A DNA stretch of 64,000 nucleotides, from the NCBI GenBank assembly GCA_000002435.2, contig CM018793.1; one strand, written 5' to 3'. The translations under genes and the position numbers were made by a program. Source of the DNA: Giardia intestinalis (lineage: Eukaryota). Shown here piece by piece: positions 48,201 through 56,462 of the stretch (positions are counted from its first letter, which is position 1; every line of letters starts with the position of its first letter). The notes under the pieces were generated by a model that made no database searches, had not been told where the DNA came from, and saw only the letters and a program-made list of their open reading frames with translations.

Positions 48201-50280
48201 TGGTGCCCTGACTGGCAGTAGAACGGAGGGTGTACGTATATGTATTCTTTGTAACGACAAAATCATCGTAGAAGAAGCGCAGGGGACCCTGATCAAGACG
48301 CGAAGCTGCGTAAAACATACCAGCAAGCTCGCAATAAATATGATAACATGATAGTGTCACACTGCAAACTACTGTATCGACGCGAGGACTCTGAGATGAT
48401 TTTATGAAGCAATCTGTTCCATAAGTTGTCTGGATCTCCAGAGAGCGGAACTTGATTGCAGAATCGGGATGTGGCCCAGCGTATGGAGTGTTGGGTATAT
48501 AGGTGACTTCAACATCAAGAGAAGGAATCTTGGTGACATCGTGGTAAACAAATGGCGTGGTCATGTGTGTAATGTCATTCTTGTCAAAGATGCCAGTGTT
48601 AACGGCGGTGGCCCGTACAGTGAAGGTTCCGCGGTCGCAATCAGGGCAGACCCAGAGGCGTCCAAAAGCGATGTTGACGTTTGGAAGAGTGCGTGATTTC
48701 CATTTTCCTGCGTTGTCACGCTCAGATAGAAGATTCAAAGAAACAGAATGGAAGTCTCTGTTGCCTAGTCCCTTAAAGTATCCCGTGTTGATCTTGAAGG
48801 ACCCGCGATCATGGAAGATTCCATCCGCTATAGCAGCACGGTATTCAATGATGACAGAAGGCTCCTCCTTGTCCATAGTCGAGATGAAGGAATCAGCGGG
48901 GAGGAATAGCTCTACGCCAATAACATGCTGGCTGCGCTTGAGACCGTTATAGACGTCATCGGGATTGTATGTGTATGTCTGCCCAGTGTCATTGGCTGTG
49001 TATGTTGCATACCCGGTGGCAACGGGGACAGGGTCAGTCCTGACAATATCTAGGTCAGGGTAATAGTAGGACTTTGGCTGCTTTTCTATCACGTATGCCT
49101 GGGCATCGTTCATGAGGAACGGGCGAGAGTACTGAGAGTCAGCGGCCAGAAGCCTGTACTTGAATGTCCCGCTCGCCGAGGTGTCGTTGGGCATGTGAAT
49201 AGGCATCCAGCGATTTTCTACTGCCTGATACATGTACTTCATTCCCTTAGGAAGCGTCATGCCGGCCGGGAAGATCACTCCATTATCCCTTGTCACAGTG
49301 TGCTGATCATTGGCATTTCCATTCATCAAATACGTCTTGAAAAAGCTGTCCTTGGTGCCCTGTGTCCTATCCTGGACAGTACCAGTGTTCCTGAGGAAAA
49401 ACCAATACAGGTAGCGCTGATTTATCTCCTTATTCAAGTGCACAAGAACATGCACAGGCCCTGATTCGCAGGTCTTTCCACTACGCGTAAAGCCGTATTC
49501 AAGTTTCCCGACTCCTCGCAGAGATGCCCATTTGTCAAAAAGCTCAGCAGAGTAAAAAATCATAGTGGGATTCTGTACCATGCTTGTGAGCCAATCAGCA
49601 TGGCTTGTTTTAACAATTTCGAAGATCCTCTTTGGAACATCGTTTTCTGTAGCATAGTAGTTTGCAAACTCAACAAATTTTCCAGCAGGATTATACCAGG
49701 AAGTTGTGTTATCAATGTATACACGCCCGTTGGTCATCATCCGGATAAAGGCGTCAAGCTTTCTGACTCCATCGTCTCTAATTGTTTCTGGCACGTAGTC
49801 ATATCCCATCTCCGTTTTCGTCTTTGGAGAAAGCTCAATACTCAGACAATTGATGACGATGGGGATAGCCCTGTCCAGGAAAGAGTTTGTCAGGTTCGCC
49901 GAGAATCCCTCTTCAGCTCCCTTGAGAGCATTCCTTCTGTCTAAAGGAGCGTCGCGGAGAAGAAGCGGCTCCGAACCGGTATGGCGGCTAATGACTTTGC
50001 GGAACTCATGGTAGGTGGCAGTGTCATTTGCGTTAACGATATCCTCATGGGTGAACGCGCTTATCCAGGCCTCGCCACTTTCCTCGTCAAGCGCAAAGTG
50101 CGCGTGGCCGAAATTGGCTGCCACAAGGTCAGCATCTCCGCTGTCGACAACAACGTACTCCTTGCCGAGGTAATGGAGCGTCTGCTGACCCCGAGAGCCA
50201 GGGGCCACGAAGACCTGCGCAAAGCGCCAGGGCCCCTGCGCCGCCAGAGTCGCGGCAACAGCAACGAGCAGGGTAATCAT
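45295..50280 (-). CDS. large type I membrane glycoprotein (1661 aa) with ephrin-receptor-like/TNFR-like cysteine-rich repeats next to the TM segment
   Basis: ATG verified (cat at 50278-50280) with an A-rich upstream sequence. N-terminal signal-like MITLLVAVAATLAAQG. About 1200 aa of ectodomain with many N-glycosylation sequons. Cys modules of the form C..C..G.Y......C..CP.G.Y (CEPCHAGYYC, CRPCPRTGYYC, CTTCPAGQIV). TM AAIGGSIAAVLIIGAIVGVLCWYFLVY, then a cytoplasmic tail. Confidence 0.7.
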   Translation of the reverse strand: MITLLVAVAATLAAQGPWRFAQVFVAPGSRGQQTLHYLGKEYVVVDSGDADLVAANFGHAHFALDEESGEAWISAFTHEDIVNANDTATYHEFRKVISRHTGSEPLLLRDAPLDRRNALKGAEEGFSANLTNSFLDRAIPIVINCLSIELSPKTKTEMGYDYVPETIRDDGVRKLDAFIRMMTNGRVYIDNTTSWYNPAGKFVEFANYYATENDVPKRIFEIVKTSHADWLTSMVQNPTMIFYSAELFDKWASLRGVGKLEYGFTRSGKTCESGPVHVLVHLNKEINQRYLYWFFLRNTGTVQDRTQGTKDSFFKTYLMNGNANDQHTVTRDNGVIFPAGMTLPKGMKYMYQAVENRWMPIHMPNDTSASGTFKYRLLAADSQYSRPFLMNDAQAYVIEKQPKSYYYPDLDIVRTDPVPVATGYATYTANDTGQTYTYNPDDVYNGLKRSQHVIGVELFLPADSFISTMDKEEPSVIIEYRAAIADGIFHDRGSFKINTGYFKGLGNRDFHSVSLNLLSERDNAGKWKSRTLPNVNIAFGRLWVCPDCDRGTFTVRATAVNTGIFDKNDITHMTTPFVYHDVTKIPSLDVEVTYIPNTPYAGPHPDSAIKFRSLEIQTTYGTDCFIKSSQSPRVDTVVCSVTLSCYHIYCELAGMFYAASRLDQGPLRFFYDDFVVTKNTYTYTLRSTASQGTTDHRLYRMGGLGEYGIDVEFQWKDRSIVNPSFEEAYQFYTEYITAKSGGRGDQYYVFKGLSTYNRTVIPYYYWWDGTNNNVLQSLGTNGYLAVFGADWTALPMQIVYDSNSRTLADRDMEPHSDVFRVEWTNVQCGFSASSAAFFANGTNARRGWARIIANSINDVDRVAFSHMNYTAGTFLLTPAALKVGQPLDQECWSQINRRTLYRAHRWHNLYARGQDNTNYEFYLDFDSDLPSGLVVYIDTVEKTHVIDTRMMKVVQKSINSQPGNKRFISTSLRFNYSILYKDTEFRIRGGITSTSLRFAFNKDVYLVGVRHVMNGYGKQQDLRNGTINFRVRSANFKGEAWRNITGYMYQPFQVTVFDAAPSSRSSAVCNFETSYTECQMTLPESLKQEQLVHVPPHQFSDDGFQHTNLRCENGKYLWLHANGTYACEPCHAGYYCKDSVMRRCPFGHYSEDGASVCKTPYTNIDRFDSPSAANEKELTYDAPFYFQYNADGTAKGLYPCNGNMYYDKDTKTCRPCPRTGYYCLSGEDPKPCPAGFRCISGVAYPCYGNYYSHRDRMSVCLPLSFQACPIKSADGTIMVSGKSSTGDARWRRPGLEHLSYWAVEEPNVGCRECPRGHKCEVTPAGQRLLRRAKLLQVLETLSLHWAAPVFGLPHFEKKFHRFSAFDRLHHLEQLRAKWSNGPVRLNRALSDENVVDIGDASQPNSNSTYVTITPCKVSEYSAPGSNECTTCPAGQIVNTHGDGCVSLNIKTPEEAALDDTPKVREKIDAEIEADNTITDTGPIYGDNDEEDVPLDPVPDPQPNPNPDVPPNPPGPGAVTKKQSGAAIGGSIAAVLIIGAIVGVLCWYFLVYRKKNPRPQWIQNIMDKFKFRAPGKSKSTTKVPDNSLGKHAEDEHKKTLPLSRNNSFLGDSNISTPNTRSFADGVSLQGSSNNSKLPPLIVSKSIVSGAPLGPGAVKRPEI

Positions 50281-51068
50281 TAAAATTTTTGGCTTCTATA
50301 ATGTTTATAAATACAGGTTATGATTACTGAGCCAACGAGAGCAACTTAAGCGACCCTCTGACGGCCCACTTAGGCACATTATGTTTTAGATTCTGGGAGC
50401 TACAGACCAAATTTTATGCAACGCTAATGAATTCATCAATTCGCGAAGAATATTCCCATAGACACGGCTGTCTAAAACGTGGCATGCTGGTGCACAGAAG
50501 TACAAACAATTCAAACTTTTTTGACAGATTCAGCCAAAAATACAATAATCTTCCTTTAGCAACAACCCGTGTGGAAGTGCTTTAGTCACCCACACTCTGT
50601 GTACTGTGCCGTGCAGACAGGAAGGCTGCCACCATACGTTCTGTTTCAGTATTTGAACCTGCCCGCGTAACGATCGCTCCTGTACGATCACTATCTTGAG
50701 TTTCAGTGGCAGTTGTGTATACAAAGATGTTGGTCATCTTAAGAGTAGCAGTACTTGTGTTCTGGAGGGGGTCTTTGTACCGCAACAGACACTAATATTG
50801 CCCCTCAGCTCTACATGTCAGTGACAGCTCCTCCTACCTATCAAACTGATCCTTTCTCATTTTCTCTAGCCGCGCACGGATTGATTGCTTTGCTTCTAGC
50901 TGGACCAAGCTACCCTCCTATTCTGCATTTCTTCCAAAGCGCTGTTTTACTTCTTCTTTGTCACCTCTGTCCAAGCATTCTTCAGAGCGTACATAGTCTG
51001 TACCATCTTATTCTAATTCTTTGGCTGTTTGAAGCACAAAATGAAGTGAACAAAAAACAGAAATCAGA

Positions 51069-51842
51069 ATGGAAGGACTCAATGAGACCCTGCTTCAGTC
51101 TCTATCTCGGTCGTTGACAGCTTCTGTGCGCCCCTATGACATCACTAAACCGGAGGTGTATATGGATGACCACTCCGGCCTGCTTCAGGCCGTCGCTCGA
51201 AAGAATACCTCGAAAGTTGGGGAACTACTTAGGTTTGCCAAGGCTTATGACAGCAACGGATTTACTGCCTTGATGTATGCCGCCCTTGATGGGTATGAGG
51301 ACGGGGTGCGCATGCTGATGGGACTGGAGCACGGAATGAGGGTGAGTGGCAGCTACTCTTACGGGGCATACACGTTTGTCGAGCCCACTGCAACTATGCT
51401 TGCGAGCATGCACGGACACCGTGGAGTTGTTGAGCTATTGAAGAGTCTAGAGGCCGGGCTGGCAGAGAGGGGGATGGGGGTAACCGCTTTGGTGATCTCC
51501 TCCATATTTAACAGAAGTGGGTGCGCAGAGGCTCTCCGTGATGTCGAGGCAGGGTGTATAGACGTGAATGGGCGCACTGCGCTCATGTGGGCAGCATATC
51601 GCGGGAACTCCATGCTTGTGAGGCTTCTCCATGACGCAGAAGCGGGTCTAGCAGATACAATAGGAAAGACCGCGCTGGTCTACGCTGCAGAATATGGAAA
51701 CCTGGCGTGTGTCAAAGACCTTGCGGATCTGGAAGGCAAGGCACACGGGTCCAGAGCCATCGCCGAATGCTGCAAGGGCTGGGGAGCTAGTTGCACTTTC
51801 AAGACAGCTATAGTCCAATTTTTAAGAACTTATAGTGAGTAG
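51069..51842 (+). CDS. small ankyrin-repeat protein (257 aa)
   Basis: ATG verified with an A-rich upstream sequence (aacaaaaaacagaaatcagaATG). TALMYAA...GYEDGV and TALMWAAYRGN ankyrin units. Confidence 0.7.
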   Translation: MEGLNETLLQSLSRSLTASVRPYDITKPEVYMDDHSGLLQAVARKNTSKVGELLRFAKAYDSNGFTALMYAALDGYEDGVRMLMGLEHGMRVSGSYSYGAYTFVEPTATMLASMHGHRGVVELLKSLEAGLAERGMGVTALVISSIFNRSGCAEALRDVEAGCIDVNGRTALMWAAYRGNSMLVRLLHDAEAGLADTIGKTALVYAAEYGNLACVKDLADLEGKAHGSRAIAECCKGWGASCTFKTAIVQFLRTYSE

Positions 51843-51878
51843 TGCTTAGAGCTATTTACATACGATGTGTTCTTTCGG

Positions 51879-54185
51879 TCAAAAGCGTTTAAGCAAGTTC
51901 AGTATCGCGTCGTTCTTTGCAAAGTCGGCAGCAGATTTTCCGCTTGAATGGCGCATAGAGTTTTCCATGTGGACTAGGAGGTGAACGATTTCCAGATGTC
52001 CCTCAATGGAGGCTGCCATGAGAGCAGTGAGCCCAGCACCCGCAGTAAACTTGCTATTGGTGCATAGTCCTGCCTCCCGGTCAACAAGGAGTTGAACAAT
52101 TTCTGGCTTATTGTTGCTGGAGGCTGTCATCAGAGCGGTCCACCCGTCGTATCGCTGCATCCCCGCCTCTCTGCTCAACAGGGCCCGCACGCAATCTACA
52201 TTCCCTATACAGGCAGCATCCATCAGAGCCGTCGATCCATCGTGTCTTTGAATTCCTCCTTCCTTTTCAGCCAAGACGCGTGCAACTGCACTGTTCCCAG
52301 CCTGCACGGCATACATTAGCGCAGTCGACCCGCTATGGTCTCGTATCCCCGCCTGAGTGTTCATTCTGTGCCAGACAGAAACTATGTCATTGCTTTCAGC
52401 TGCTATCATTAGCTCTGTTTTCTGACCCGACTGACTCTGAGGAGGCTGATGCCTACCTCGGGCATCTAGAGCTATTGTTGTATCCATATGTGTCATGAAT
52501 CGAGTAATATTACCCAAAGTCCCCCTCTTTCTTATAGGGGAGGGCATCTTCTCAGACATGACAAACTCAGATTTGCTTTCTGGATTCAAACTGCTCAAGC
52601 CCATGCTACTTGTGCCCGTTCTCGATCCCATGGCGTTGGGCCCTCTTCGACCTTCTGCTGCTGAGCTAGTCCGTGGACGCTGGCTGGCAGACCGACCTGA
52701 AATCCCAGGACTAGTGTGTGTGCTGAGTGTGGGCGTTCCACTTGTTCCACGGACAGCCGACTTGGAAGGACGAGTGGATCCTGCTCTCATCCCCGGTGCA
52801 GGTGCGGTACTTTCGCGCCTTGTGACTGAGGCAGGTCTTTTTGAAGTATCAAGGGCTCGGCTATCTGAAATACGACTGCTGGCTCGCACACTTGAGGTTC
52901 TTGATGGCTGAGATGCACTGCTCGCTCGACTGCCCTGGGGGCCTCTAGTGTCCGCAGCTGTTGAAGCAGATCTCGCAGGCCGCTTAACCCCACCAGTTGC
53001 GTGCGGCGGCAAAAGGCTAGGCATTAAGCTATCCTTATCTACGTCAAACTCGTATTTGAATAGATTATATCCCGAGCCATTACCTCCCGGACCCTTTGTC
53101 ATCACATTCTCATAACGAGACCCAGGATCGTGCAACCAATCCTGTTCTCGCTGTCTTTCTCGCTCTCGCTGCTGCTGAATCTCTGTAAGCTGTTCGCGTA
53201 GAGAGGCACACTCGTGACTCTTGCTATTGAGGCGTTGCTGGAGCTGCTCGATCGTGTCGGCGTCTTTCCGCCGTTCATACGTTGAGTCGGACTTGGCCAA
53301 CTCCAACTTTATGCGGCTATTTTCTTCTAGGGACACGCGGTACTTCTCATGCATCTTGTTTAGCTCATCCTCGAGGGAGTTGCACTTATTCGTTAGCGAG
53401 GCCTGGTGCTCCTTGTCATACTTTTGCGTTTCCTGGAGCTGTGTGTCCAACATCTCAACCTTCGCCAAGAGCTTCTTATTCTCATGTCTCAGCGTTGAAA
53501 TTTCTTCCTGAAGGGATGAGATCTGTCCTCGATACGTCCTACAGTTGGCACATCTATCTGTAGAAAAATGTCCTTCAGGGTCCTCGACATCTGTAGAAAA
53601 TCTTACTTTGGGCTTCATCTGCTGGTCAAGAAGGTCCGCGAGAGCGCTCTGCAAATATTTAGTCATGTCTTCCTCCCCTGCCTGGGTCGCTTTGGATATG
53701 GCCGAATGAAAGTCTTCTTGCGTGTGTTTGAGTTGGGCACAAAGGAGCTTTACTGCCTCCAGCTCGCTATTGAGAACTGCATGGTCCAAAGCAGTGAGCC
53801 CTGCGTTGTCTCGATCAACCTCTGACTCCTGAATGATGGCCCTCATAGCTTCAGTGCTCCCTGATATCGCTGCTATCATTAGAGCAGTGCGGCCGTCAGC
53901 TGTTCGGACATCAGCTTCATAAGGTCCTAGTATGGCGCAAACCTCGTAAAAGTCCCGCGCAGCAGCCAACATGAGCGCCGTCTGGCCTTCTGGGGAGGTC
54001 ATTCGAGACTCTTCGTGGACTAGAAGCTTAACCATCGCGGCGTCATTGGTGCGTGCTGCAGCCATTAGTGCCGTCTCTCCCCCGCCATCTCTGGACTTTT
54101 TATAGACCGAAAGTGACTCTTCCACATTAAGAAGGTCATGGTTGAGCACCGCCTTGAACCATTCCTTCCTGTTATGGAGCAGCAT
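51879..54185 (-). CDS. ankyrin-repeat / coiled-coil protein (Protein 21.1-like)
   Basis: The track start 54236 is GTG. The first ATG at 54185 gives MLLHNRKEWFKAVL..., matching the conserved N-terminus of the paralogs, and leaves a 60-bp spacer to the upstream paralog. N-terminal ankyrin units, central coiled coil, C-terminal ankyrin array. Confidence 0.75.
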   Translation of the reverse strand: MLLHNRKEWFKAVLNHDLLNVEESLSVYKKSRDGGGETALMAAARTNDAAMVKLLVHEESRMTSPEGQTALMLAAARDFYEVCAILGPYEADVRTADGRTALMIAAISGSTEAMRAIIQESEVDRDNAGLTALDHAVLNSELEAVKLLCAQLKHTQEDFHSAISKATQAGEEDMTKYLQSALADLLDQQMKPKVRFSTDVEDPEGHFSTDRCANCRTYRGQISSLQEEISTLRHENKKLLAKVEMLDTQLQETQKYDKEHQASLTNKCNSLEDELNKMHEKYRVSLEENSRIKLELAKSDSTYERRKDADTIEQLQQRLNSKSHECASLREQLTEIQQQRERERQREQDWLHDPGSRYENVMTKGPGGNGSGYNLFKYEFDVDKDSLMPSLLPPHATGGVKRPARSASTAADTRGPQGSRASSASQPSRTSSVRASSRISDSRALDTSKRPASVTRRESTAPAPGMRAGSTRPSKSAVRGTSGTPTLSTHTSPGISGRSASQRPRTSSAAEGRRGPNAMGSRTGTSSMGLSSLNPESKSEFVMSEKMPSPIRKRGTLGNITRFMTHMDTTIALDARGRHQPPQSQSGQKTELMIAAESNDIVSVWHRMNTQAGIRDHSGSTALMYAVQAGNSAVARVLAEKEGGIQRHDGSTALMDAACIGNVDCVRALLSREAGMQRYDGWTALMTASSNNKPEIVQLLVDREAGLCTNSKFTAGAGLTALMAASIEGHLEIVHLLVHMENSMRHSSGKSAADFAKNDAILNLLKRF

Positions 54186-54245
54186 GCCGCTGTGATTGGT
54201 AAATTTTGTTAAAAAGCCTAATTTACACGGGTCCACACGCCGTGT

Positions 54246-56291
54246 TCACGCGCCCCAGTTGCTCAGGATGCGCTTGATCTCCTCGGTGCGTGCATAGTCA
54301 ATGGCGTTCTTTCCATTGGCGCAGCGCATAGACAGCTCCCTGTCTGCGAGCAGCCTAACGCACTCGACATGGCCTTCGTGAGCAGCGAGCATTAGCGCGG
54401 TGAGGCCCGCCCCAACGGTGTGTTTGGCGTTTGTGCACATACCGCCCTCACGATCGCAGAGAAGGCGGACCACGTTTGTATGACCGTTGCAGGCAGCATC
54501 CATGAGTGCGGTCGTTCCATACGGCGTCTGAATGCGGGCTTCCTTGTCCACTAGCAGGCGGACCATCTCCGTGTATCCCTTCTGGGCAGCATACATCATC
54601 GCAGTTCTTCCGTCCATGTCCTGCTCTCCGGCCCGCTGTGGAATAAGCTGCCAAACAGAGTGAATATCATTATTCAAAACCGCACTGATCAGCTCTGTGC
54701 GATGACCTGTAGTCGCCCCGGTGCTGCCGGCGAGGCCGTCGCGCTCGTTCAGCATCTTAGAAATATCGAGGTGCTTTGGAACCAGAGTCAAGTTGAGATG
54801 CTTAGTGTTTCCGCCCTTGATCATGGAAACGTCATCATCATAGATATCCTGTGTTGGCAGTGGGAGCCCAAGAAGCTCCCTAAGACCATCACAATCACCG
54901 TCAGCGATTGCGCGGAGGAGAGGAGTGAACCCGCGGGAATCTATATCAGAAATGCGAGCAGGGCCCTCAATGGATGCGGCACCCTGCTTGATGATCTGCA
55001 AAAGAGTCTTTGCTGATTGTAGCTCGTTGGTGAGTCTCGTGAGTGTCTCTTCGACCTCTTGTCGCTCATAAACGAGCTGCTCTGCCTCACGGTTGGATGT
55101 CTCGAGCTTAATTTCAAGCTCGCGATGCTCGCGCTCCTTATCGTACAGCTTCTGGCGCAGATCCTTGACGTCGTTGAGGAGGCGGGCGCGGTCCTTCTTG
55201 AGGTCCGACGCCTCCGAGCTCATGACGCGAGACTCCGAGATAACCTGATCTAGTGCATTCGAAACGTTGCGCAGATCCTCCTCGCGCGCCTTCACTTGCT
55301 CTCTCATTGTGTTCACAAGCTCGCTGACGCATTCCACAACATCACCCTCGCCTGTGTGGTTGATGACTTGCTTTAGGCGGCGGTCCATGTCACTGAGGTG
55401 TTTGTTCGTCTCTTTAAGGATATCGCGATCACTTGTGAGTTGGGCATTATTCTCCTTAAGGTTTTCCAGTGTAGTGCTTAGTTCGTCCATCACGTTGCGC
55501 ATCTCTAGATTCTCGCGAACCACCTTATTATATTGCTTACGCAGATTTCGGACGTCCACAACAATCTGCTCGTGCCACGACAGGGTGCGCCCACCCCCAG
55601 GCGAAAGGGAAGCCCCGTTTTCAAAGACCATGCGGAGGTCCTGGTCCTCCTTTAATAGTGCTGGTGGCATGCTTGAGACGCCCTGATTCTCCGCATGAAT
55701 ACACCCAACAGGAGTGTGGCAGGTAGGGCACTCTTCCACGCCGCGACTGCGAGATGCACTGAGGACCTCGCGCATTCCCGACGAACTGCGGCCTACACTG
55801 GCCATTGCAGATGCATAGTTCTCATCCGTGACGTTGTTCACCGAATTGATAAGTTGCGCGAAGTGGGGACGATCCGAGCGGACAGCGTAGTCAAGGGCGG
55901 TCAGATTATGGTTGTCCCGCTCCATACCGTAGTAATTCAACAGGAGCCGGACGCAGTCGATGCTCCCTGCCTCCACCGCAAGCATTAATGGCGTGCGCCC
56001 ATCCGGCAGAAACACGCCCTTTTCAAATGGAATGAGAATGCGGCATGCGTCCAAGTTGTCGCAGCACGCAGCAATCATGAGGGCAGTGTAGCCCTCCTTA
56101 TTTACCAGCGTTGCCTCCTGGATGCAGAGAATCTTGATCATTTCAACATCGTTTAGTCTTGCCGCGAGCATGAGCCCTGTTTCACCCATACCGTTGGCAG
56201 TCCCTGCAAAGCGTATCAAATAAGTCTTGACAAGGTCATATTCGTGCAGTGCGATCGCCTGAAGCCAGTCCCTTCGGTCATGGAGAGCCAT
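54246..56291 (-). CDS. ankyrin-repeat / coiled-coil protein (Protein 21.1-like), tandem paralog of 51879-54185
   Basis: ATG verified (cat at 56289-56291) with an A-rich upstream sequence. N-terminus MALHDRRDWLQAIALHEY, ankyrin units, coiled coil, C-terminal ankyrin units. Confidence 0.8.
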   Translation of the reverse strand: MALHDRRDWLQAIALHEYDLVKTYLIRFAGTANGMGETGLMLAARLNDVEMIKILCIQEATLVNKEGYTALMIAACCDNLDACRILIPFEKGVFLPDGRTPLMLAVEAGSIDCVRLLLNYYGMERDNHNLTALDYAVRSDRPHFAQLINSVNNVTDENYASAMASVGRSSSGMREVLSASRSRGVEECPTCHTPVGCIHAENQGVSSMPPALLKEDQDLRMVFENGASLSPGGGRTLSWHEQIVVDVRNLRKQYNKVVRENLEMRNVMDELSTTLENLKENNAQLTSDRDILKETNKHLSDMDRRLKQVINHTGEGDVVECVSELVNTMREQVKAREEDLRNVSNALDQVISESRVMSSEASDLKKDRARLLNDVKDLRQKLYDKEREHRELEIKLETSNREAEQLVYERQEVEETLTRLTNELQSAKTLLQIIKQGAASIEGPARISDIDSRGFTPLLRAIADGDCDGLRELLGLPLPTQDIYDDDVSMIKGGNTKHLNLTLVPKHLDISKMLNERDGLAGSTGATTGHRTELISAVLNNDIHSVWQLIPQRAGEQDMDGRTAMMYAAQKGYTEMVRLLVDKEARIQTPYGTTALMDAACNGHTNVVRLLCDREGGMCTNAKHTVGAGLTALMLAAHEGHVECVRLLADRELSMRCANGKNAIDYARTEEIKRILSNWGA

Positions 56292-56462
56292 AGGTTTTTT
56301 TGGAATGAGACAAATAAAAGGTGTTGGCGCTTTAAAGTTAGAACAGATGAGGACGCGAAGCGCGGAAAGAGCATAGCCAGCATTGGTGTGGCTCTTCCGA
56401 ATGCAGAGCAGCGATTTCCAAAAAGCGCGGAATTCCCAGCTAAAGCCCCTAATATCATATGT

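Noticed and set aside
50755-51117. 120-aa hydrophobic ORF in the long divergent spacer
   Set aside because: It overlaps the start of the 51069 ankyrin gene in another frame. It is low complexity (Leu/Ser/Pro) with no start context. It is kept only as a note under the spacer finding.
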